Under the pieces are notes generated by a model. It was not told the DNA's origin, did not search any database, and was given only the letters and a program-made list of their open reading frames with translations. The translations under genes and the position numbers were made by a program. Shown piece after piece: positions 57,954 through 64,000 of a stretch of DNA of 64,000 bases. Numbering within the stretch: the stretch's first letter is position 1; each line of letters starts with the position of its first letter. Origin of the DNA: an uncultured delta proteobacterium (GTDB taxonomy: Bacteria > Myxococcota_A > Polyangia > Polyangiales > Polyangiaceae); contig CAWKKR010000008.1 of assembly GCA_963850305.1 (NCBI GenBank), positions 480,001 through 544,000 on the forward strand, read 5' to 3'.

Positions 57954-60900
57954 TCACGTCGCGAAGTTCGAAGTACTCGAGCGCTCGACCGTGGGGACAT
58001 CGCCCGGCGGGGCGGCCGCGAACTCGGCGGGCGGAGCGTCGTCGAGATCGGCCCTGGGCGCAAACAGCTTCCGCACGCCGGACCGCGGCACCCGGGCCGT
58101 TGCGAGCACGTTCGAGAGACACGTGGACGTCAGTTCCGCATGTTCTTCGCTCACGAAGCTCGTGTGACCACCGCTCACCTCTACGACGAAGAGTTCGCCC
58201 AGCACCACCGGGCCCCAGCCGTTGCGAGGGTCGAAAATCTTCGTGTCGCGTTCGCGAGACCGAAGCAAGAAGACCGTGCCGGGGTACGGCTGCGGCTCGT
58301 AGCGGCTCTGCATGTCGGTCCACGCTGCCGCCACGGCCTCGTTCCGGAACTCGTACGGAAACCACCGAGACAAGCGCGAAAGCACGGACACTCGCAAATC
58401 CTGCCCGCGACGCAGGAGTCCCTCACCGAACGCCGTCAGCGCGTAGGAGACGCCATCGGACCGAACGCGAGTCGAATGGTATGCGACCCTTTCCGCGAGC
58501 GACCACATGGGGATCTGCGGATTCACGGCATCCAGCAGGACGAGCGCGCCAATCTGCTCGCCGCTCGCTCGAAGCTGCATCGCCATCTCGAGCGCCGCGG
58601 TCCCTCCCCCGGAGAAGCCCCCCAGGAAATAGGGGCCGTGCGGTTGCACCTCGCGCATGTCCTCGATGAACTCGCGAGCCATCTCCTCGACGGAGGTATG
58701 AGGAGCCCGTAGTCCGTCGACGCCGCGATGCTGAAGCCCGTAGAAGGGTTGATCGTCCCCGAGCTTCGCCGCCACCGGGCGGAGATTCATCGGATTGCCG
58801 CCTCGGCCCGCGACGCAGAAGAACGGGGGCAGCGACCCTTCGGGCTTCATCGGCACGACGGTCGACCAGGAACGCGACGCCCGTCCCTCGGCCCGCGTCG
58901 CGACGGTCATCTCCTGTCGAACGCGGACCGCCATCCTTTCGACTGTCGGAGCTTCGAACAGCGCGGACAGCGACAGGCGCACGCCGAACTCCTGGCGAAC
59001 CCGCGAAAGCAACCGGACCCCGAGCAGGGAGTGCCCGCCAAGCGCGAAGAAGTCGTCGGAAAGGCCCACATCGGGAATCTCGAGACTCGTCTGCCAGACA
59101 GCGACGAGTCGCCGTTCGACCTCATCGCGGGGCTCGTGGCGCGGTTCGGCGGACCCGAGGCTCCGGACCGGCGCCGGCAGGGCGTTCCGATCGATCTTGC
59201 CGCTCGGCGTGAGCGGCAGTGCGTCCATTCGCACGAACGCAGCCGGAACCATGTGGATCGGCAAGTACCGCCTCGCGTGTTCGCGGAGCGCGGAGGTATC
59301 GAGCGAGATCCCGGCGCGAGGCACGAGGTAGGCGACAAGTTCGAAGGAGCTGTCAGGCCGCGCGACGACCACGGCCTCCTTCACCGTCCGGTGCCCGGCG
59401 AGCACGGCCTCGATCTCACCGAGCTCGACGCGGTGCCCGCGCACTTTCACCTGATGGTCGTTTCGCCCCAGGTACTCGAACACACCGCCGGCAGCGATCC
59501 GGACGAGGTCGCCGGTTCGATACATCCTTGCGCCGGACACGAATGGGTCATCGAGAAATCGCTCCCGGGTGAGCTCCGGACGCGCGTGGTACCCGCGCGC
59601 CACCGACGGCCCGGCGATGTGGAGCTCACCCGCGGCGCCGATGGGTCTCTGACGGAGCTCCGGATCGAGCACGTAAAATCGCGTGTTCGCGATCGGACGC
59701 CCGATCGGCACGGGCCCCGGCTGGGCCTGGACAGCATGTGCGCTCGACCAGACGGTAGTCTCCGTGGGGCCGTACGCGTTCACGATCTGTCCTCGAATGA
59801 CCTTCGAGAGCTCCAGAACGAGCGTCTCGGAGAGCGCCTCGCCGGCGAGAATCAGCTGCCGGAGTCGACCGAGCGCGCTGCGCGTTTCCGGATCCTCGAT
59901 GAGCGTCGCGATCTGCGAAGGCGTACACTGAAAATGGGTTATGCCGAAACGTTCGATGAGTCTCGCGATCCCGAAGTCGGACCGACGCGCGTCGCCGAGC
60001 AGCTGATCTCCGAGCAGGACCACCGTGAGCCCGTGGGTGAGCGAACCGAGGATCTCGAGCACGCTGATGTCGAACGACACGCTCGTGCCGGCAAGCCAGA
60101 CGCCGTGGTCACGGAGATCGACGATGTCCTCCATGCCCCGAAAGAACGCGATGACGTTCCGGTGCTCGACCAGCACTCCTTTGGGTTTGCCCGTGGAGCC
60201 CGAGGTGTAGATGGAATAAGCGAGCTGATCCGGCGCTCCCGGTACGTCGAGAGGCTCCGCACTCTCGCGCAAGATGCTCGCCCGTGTGTGGTCGTCGTCG
60301 AGCACGAGCCGCTCCACGGGAGACTCGACGAGATCCATCGTCGAGGTCTCCGCGACGAGAAAGCGCGCCCCCGAGTCGGCGAGCATGAAGGACAGTCGCT
60401 CGCGCGGGTACGATGGATCGAGCGGGAGGTATCCACCGCCGGCGGTATGGACGGCAAGGAGCGCAACGACGAGGTCGAGCGATCTGTGCAGACAGACGCC
60501 GACCGGCGCGTCTCGCTTCACCCCCAGGGACCGGAGCGCACGAGCCAGCCTGTTCACCCGCACCCGCAGCTCTCGGTAAGTGACGCTGTGGCCCTCGAAC
60601 CAGACCGCGATCTTCTCCGGCCTCCGATCGACCTGCTTCTCGAAGAAGTGATGCACCAGAGCGTCCCGGGCAAGCGGTGGCTGCGCCGCGTTCCACTCGA
60701 GAAGCTCGGCACGCTGCGCGTACAGACCGTCGAGATCCCCGATGCGCGTCTCCGGCGCGGTGGCGACCTCGGAAAGGAGCTCTTGAAAGCACGCGACGAA
60801 GCGCCGGGCCGTCGCTTCCTCGAACAGATCGAGCGCGTACTCGAGGGCCCCAGAAACGGTCGCACCGTCATCGCGAACGTAGAGCGCCAGATCGGTGAGC

Positions 60901-63900
60901 GAACTCCCCGCATGGACCTCGACTTCCCGAAGGTCGAGGCCGGAAGCGATCGGGGTCACCTGGCGAAACGCGAAGAAAACCTGAAAGAGCGGCGTCCGGC
61001 TGCGGTCGCGCACCGGTCGGAGCGCCTCCACTACTTGCTCGAAGGGGATTCTTCGATGCTCGTACGCGCCGATACACGTCTCGCGCACGGCGGCGAGGAG
61101 CACCGGAAACGGCGCCGTATCGTCCAGCTTCGTGCGGAGGACCAGGGTGTTCACGAAGAGGCCGATCGCGTCCTTCAACTCGGGTCGAACGCGCTCGTCG
61201 ATCGCCGTCCCCACGACGAGGTCCCGCTCGCCCGTGTACCGGTACAGAGCGACGTTCAGCACGGCGAGCAGAACCATCTGGAGGGTGGTGCCTTCCGTTT
61301 TACCGAGATCCCGCAGGCGGGAGAGAACGTCCGCGGGAACTGCGAACGGCACGACGCTGCCGCGATAGCTCATCTGCGCAGGTCGCCTTCCGTCGAGCGG
61401 CAGCTCCAGGTTCGCGGGGATGCCTTCGAGGTTCCGGATCCAGTAGTCGAGCTCTCGCCTTCGCGTTGCGTCGTCGCGCGACGAGAGCTCCCACTCGACG
61501 TAATCGGCGTAGCTGACCTGCACGGGCGGCAGCGGGGATTCGCCTCCCTTCGCAAAGGCGTCGTAAAGCACCCGAAACTCGCGCTCGAACAGCTCGAAGG
61601 AAACGCCGTCCCAGATCAGGTGGCTCGCGACGAACCAGAGCACCTTATCTCCCTCGGCTAGTGTCGCGATGCCGGCGCGCCACGCCGGACCGTGTTCGGG
61701 GTCGAGCGGGCGAGCCAACCACGGAAAGAGCCGCTCTTCGATCGGAGGCTCGCGACCGGGCCACGAAGAGAGATCGTCGAGCTCCAGGTTCACCTCGATC
61801 GAATCGTGAGCGAGCTGCTTCGGCCCGGTATCGTCTTGAACGATCGACGTCCGCAAGACATCGTGTCGCCGGACGATCTCGCCGAGCACGCGTCGCGCGA
61901 TCTCTACGTCGAATTCACCGCGGATCCTGAACGCGCAGGGGAGGTTCAAGAAAGACGTACCGGGAAGCAACGCGTCCATGAACCACAGGCGCTGCTGTGA
62001 GGGCGACAGCGCAGCGGGACCCGCGTGCGTCCTCGGAATGATGGGATTCTCGGCAGATGGCTGAACACTTCCCTGCTCGACGTATCTGGCAAGGGCCTCT
62101 ACGGTCGGTTTACGAAAGAACCGCGCGAGCCCGACGTCGACACCCGAGGACTCGCCGACTCGGGCGAGCATGCGCGCCGCAAGCATGGAGTGTCCCCCCA
62201 TGGCAAAGAAGTCCTCGTCCACCCCGACGCGCTCGACCCCGAACAGTGTGCTCCAGATTCCGGCGACGATTCGCTCCGATTCACTCCGCGGGAGCACACG
62301 CTCCCGCGCCGACTCACCGGATGCGTCCGGCAGTGGCAAGCCGTTCCGATCGATCTTCTGGTTTGGCGTGCGAGGAAGCTCGGAAAGCACGACGAAGTGC
62401 TGCGGGATCATGTAACCAGGCAGGCTTTGCTCGACTCGCGCCCGAAGCTCGGGTGGCTTGACGGGACCGGAACTCGCCACGTATGCGACGATCCTTCGAT
62501 CGCCTGGAACGTCCTCGCGCACCACGACCGTGCACTCGCGAACGCGAGGGTCTTCGGCGATCACGCTCTCGATCTCGCCGAGCTCGATCCGGTAGCCGCG
62601 CACTTTGACTTGATTGTCGGCGCGCCGCGAGAAGAGCAGCGTGCCGTCTCGACGCCAGTGAACCAGGTCACCGGTTCGATAAAACACGCCGCTACCGATA
62701 TCGGCCCTCGAGATCGTGATGAAACGTTCTCGGGTGAGCTCCGGACGACCTAGATAACCGCGCGCGACGCCTTCGCCACCGATGTAGAGCTCGCCGAGCA
62801 CCCCGACGGGAACCCTCTCGCGGCGCTCATCGAGAACCAGAAGACGAGTGCCGGCGATCGGTCGTCCGATCGGCACCGAGCCTGGGACGTTTTCGACGCG
62901 ATGGCACGTCGACCATACGGTGGCCTCGGTCGGCCCGTACATGTTCCAGACGCTCCCGCACCTCTCGACCATGGCGAGCGCGAGCTCTCGAGGGAGGGTC
63001 TCGCCCCCGATGAGTGCCTTGAAGCGCGCGCCGAAGGGGAAGCGGGCCTCGACGAGCAACCGGAAGGTCGACGGGGTGGCTTGCAGGAATGTCACGCCAA
63101 ACCGAACGAGCAGTTCCGCGAGCGCACGCCCGTCCATGCCGACCTCGCGCGGGATCACGACCACCTGGGCCCCGACGGTGAGGGGCAAGAACAGTTCGAG
63201 CACGGAAATGTCGAATGACAGCGTCGTCACGGCGCCGACGACGTCGTCCGGCGAAAGCCCGGGTTCGCGCGCCATCGCGGCGAGGAAATTCGCGATGGAG
63301 CCGTTCGCGACGAGTACACCCTTGGGTTTGCCCGTCGATCCGGACGTGTGGAGCACGTAGGCGATCTGCTCCGCGTCGTCTTCGCGGGGTGGCCGTTCGG
63401 ACGAGCATGCAGCGATCCGGTCGGCGTGCGCATCGAGAACGACGCGCGTCTCGACTTGCAGAGGCGTGTCGTCGAGCGACGCTTCGGTCACGAGCGCGCT
63501 AAGCCCCGCATCGTTCGCGATGAACGCGAGGCGCGACGCGGGAAACTCCGGATCGAGCGGCACGTAGGTTGCTCCGGCCTTCAGCACGCCGAGCAACGCC
63601 ACGAGGAGCTCCGTTCCGCGACCGAGCGAGATACCGACGCGGTCCGCCGGTTTCACGCCGAGGGCGACGAGATGCCGGGCGAGGCGATTTGCTCGCTCGT
63701 CGAGCTCGCGATACGTGACCGCGGCGGTGAGAGAACGCGCGGCAACGGCATCCGGCGTCCGGCTCGCCTGTGCCTCGAAGAGCCCGGCGATCGTCCTCAC
63801 GGGCGGAGATCCGGGCGCGGCAGTTTCCCACGATTCGAGGAGCGAACACTCGCGAGGGGGAATCAGGGGCAGCTCACCCAGACGTTGAGACGAGTCACGA

Positions 63901-64000
63901 GCCACACCGTCGAGGAGGACCGTGAACTCCTCGAGACGCAGTCGCACCGTTTCGCGGTCGAAGAGATTCGTATTGAAGCTCGCTTCCAGAACGACGTCTT
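57954..64000 (-). CDS. Non-ribosomal peptide synthetase, (C)-A-T-C-A-T-TE; 5' part outside window
   Basis: Frame stays open to the window edge (…FNTNLFDRETV, end of a C domain). A-domain motifs TSGSTGKPKG, FDIS, YGPTE and YRTGD occur twice; T domains GGHSML and GGHSLL; C motif SHLIWDG; TE GFSGG. Confidence 0.96.
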   Translation of the reverse strand, partial: DVVLEASFNTNLFDRETVRLRLEEFTVLLDGVARDSSQRLGELPLIPPRECSLLESWETAAPGSPPVRTIAGLFEAQASRTPDAVAARSLTAAVTYRELDERANRLARHLVALGVKPADRVGISLGRGTELLVALLGVLKAGATYVPLDPEFPASRLAFIANDAGLSALVTEASLDDTPLQVETRVVLDAHADRIAACSSERPPREDDAEQIAYVLHTSGSTGKPKGVLVANGSIANFLAAMAREPGLSPDDVVGAVTTLSFDISVLELFLPLTVGAQVVVIPREVGMDGRALAELLVRFGVTFLQATPSTFRLLVEARFPFGARFKALIGGETLPRELALAMVERCGSVWNMYGPTEATVWSTCHRVENVPGSVPIGRPIAGTRLLVLDERRERVPVGVLGELYIGGEGVARGYLGRPELTRERFITISRADIGSGVFYRTGDLVHWRRDGTLLFSRRADNQVKVRGYRIELGEIESVIAEDPRVRECTVVVREDVPGDRRIVAYVASSGPVKPPELRARVEQSLPGYMIPQHFVVLSELPRTPNQKIDRNGLPLPDASGESARERVLPRSESERIVAGIWSTLFGVERVGVDEDFFAMGGHSMLAARMLARVGESSGVDVGLARFFRKPTVEALARYVEQGSVQPSAENPIIPRTHAGPAALSPSQQRLWFMDALLPGTSFLNLPCAFRIRGEFDVEIARRVLGEIVRRHDVLRTSIVQDDTGPKQLAHDSIEVNLELDDLSSWPGREPPIEERLFPWLARPLDPEHGPAWRAGIATLAEGDKVLWFVASHLIWDGVSFELFEREFRVLYDAFAKGGESPLPPVQVSYADYVEWELSSRDDATRRRELDYWIRNLEGIPANLELPLDGRRPAQMSYRGSVVPFAVPADVLSRLRDLGKTEGTTLQMVLLAVLNVALYRYTGERDLVVGTAIDERVRPELKDAIGLFVNTLVLRTKLDDTAPFPVLLAAVRETCIGAYEHRRIPFEQVVEALRPVRDRSRTPLFQVFFAFRQVTPIASGLDLREVEVHAGSSLTDLALYVRDDGATVSGALEYALDLFEEATARRFVACFQELLSEVATAPETRIGDLDGLYAQRAELLEWNAAQPPLARDALVHHFFEKQVDRRPEKIAVWFEGHSVTYRELRVRVNRLARALRSLGVKRDAPVGVCLHRSLDLVVALLAVHTAGGGYLPLDPSYPRERLSFMLADSGARFLVAETSTMDLVESPVERLVLDDDHTRASILRESAEPLDVPGAPDQLAYSIYTSGSTGKPKGVLVEHRNVIAFFRGMEDIVDLRDHGVWLAGTSVSFDISVLEILGSLTHGLTVVLLGDQLLGDARRSDFGIARLIERFGITHFQCTPSQIATLIEDPETRSALGRLRQLILAGEALSETLVLELSKVIRGQIVNAYGPTETTVWSSAHAVQAQPGPVPIGRPIANTRFYVLDPELRQRPIGAAGELHIAGPSVARGYHARPELTRERFLDDPFVSGARMYRTGDLVRIAAGGVFEYLGRNDHQVKVRGHRVELGEIEAVLAGHRTVKEAVVVARPDSSFELVAYLVPRAGISLDTSALREHARRYLPIHMVPAAFVRMDALPLTPSGKIDRNALPAPVRSLGSAEPRHEPRDEVERRLVAVWQTSLEIPDVGLSDDFFALGGHSLLGVRLLSRVRQEFGVRLSLSALFEAPTVERMAVRVRQEMTVATRAEGRASRSWSTVVPMKPEGSLPPFFCVAGRGGNPMNLRPVAAKLGDDQPFYGLQHRGVDGLRAPHTSVEEMAREFIEDMREVQPHGPYFLGGFSGGGTAALEMAMQLRASGEQIGALVLLDAVNPQIPMWSLAERVAYHSTRVRSDGVSYALTAFGEGLLRRGQDLRVSVLSRLSRWFPYEFRNEAVAAAWTDMQSRYEPQPYPGTVFLLRSRERDTKIFDPRNGWGPVVLGELFVVEVSGGHTSFVSEEHAELTSTCLSNVLATARVPRSGVRKLFAPRADLDDAPPAEFAAAPPGDVPTVERSSTSNFAT

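Noticed and set aside
53466..61661. Long plus-strand ORFs (53466-55328, 56550-58712, 58728-61661)
   Set aside because: Antisense shadows typical of high-GC coding DNA, with no motifs.

Overview
GC-rich bacterial DNA with a strongly myxobacterial (Polyangiaceae-like) character: several Ser/Thr kinases, an FHA-sigma54 activator, a vWA lipoprotein and a short OPX plus beta-barrel pair. Taxonomy is inferred from gene content only. 1-9 kb: AlkB-type membrane monooxygenase (partial) divergent from ferredoxin/ferredoxin reductase, then a vWA/FHA-sigma54/TPR/kinase module. 9-44.5 kb: mostly housekeeping (gcvPB, lpxK, hemC, hemA, ccsA-like, GMC pair, PilZ, LysM, pssA, ABC-F, malic enzyme, astB, HTTM pair, glyA, kinase-ATPase-TPR, dapA, mgtE, pip, rfbB, acyl-CoA ligase). 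44.9-64 kb is the most interesting part: a two-armed Wzx/Wzy polysaccharide locus with an integral NRPS. The + arm is WcaJ-type priming transferase, PPTase, Wzy/ligase, two GT2, OPX and beta-barrel. The - arm is an NRPS (C-A-T-C-A-T-TE, running off the window), Wzx, a Hanks-type pseudokinase and an FHA-fused polysaccharide copolymerase with no tyrosine-kinase domain. The arms meet at a scar containing a 121-bp diverged duplication, a structured 21/42-bp tandem array and a PIN-like remnant. Three apparent frameshifts (astB 3' end, wzy, GT2) may be assembly errors. No rRNA, tRNA, CRISPR array, transposase or reverse transcriptase was recognised. All calls come from motif recognition, not database searches.
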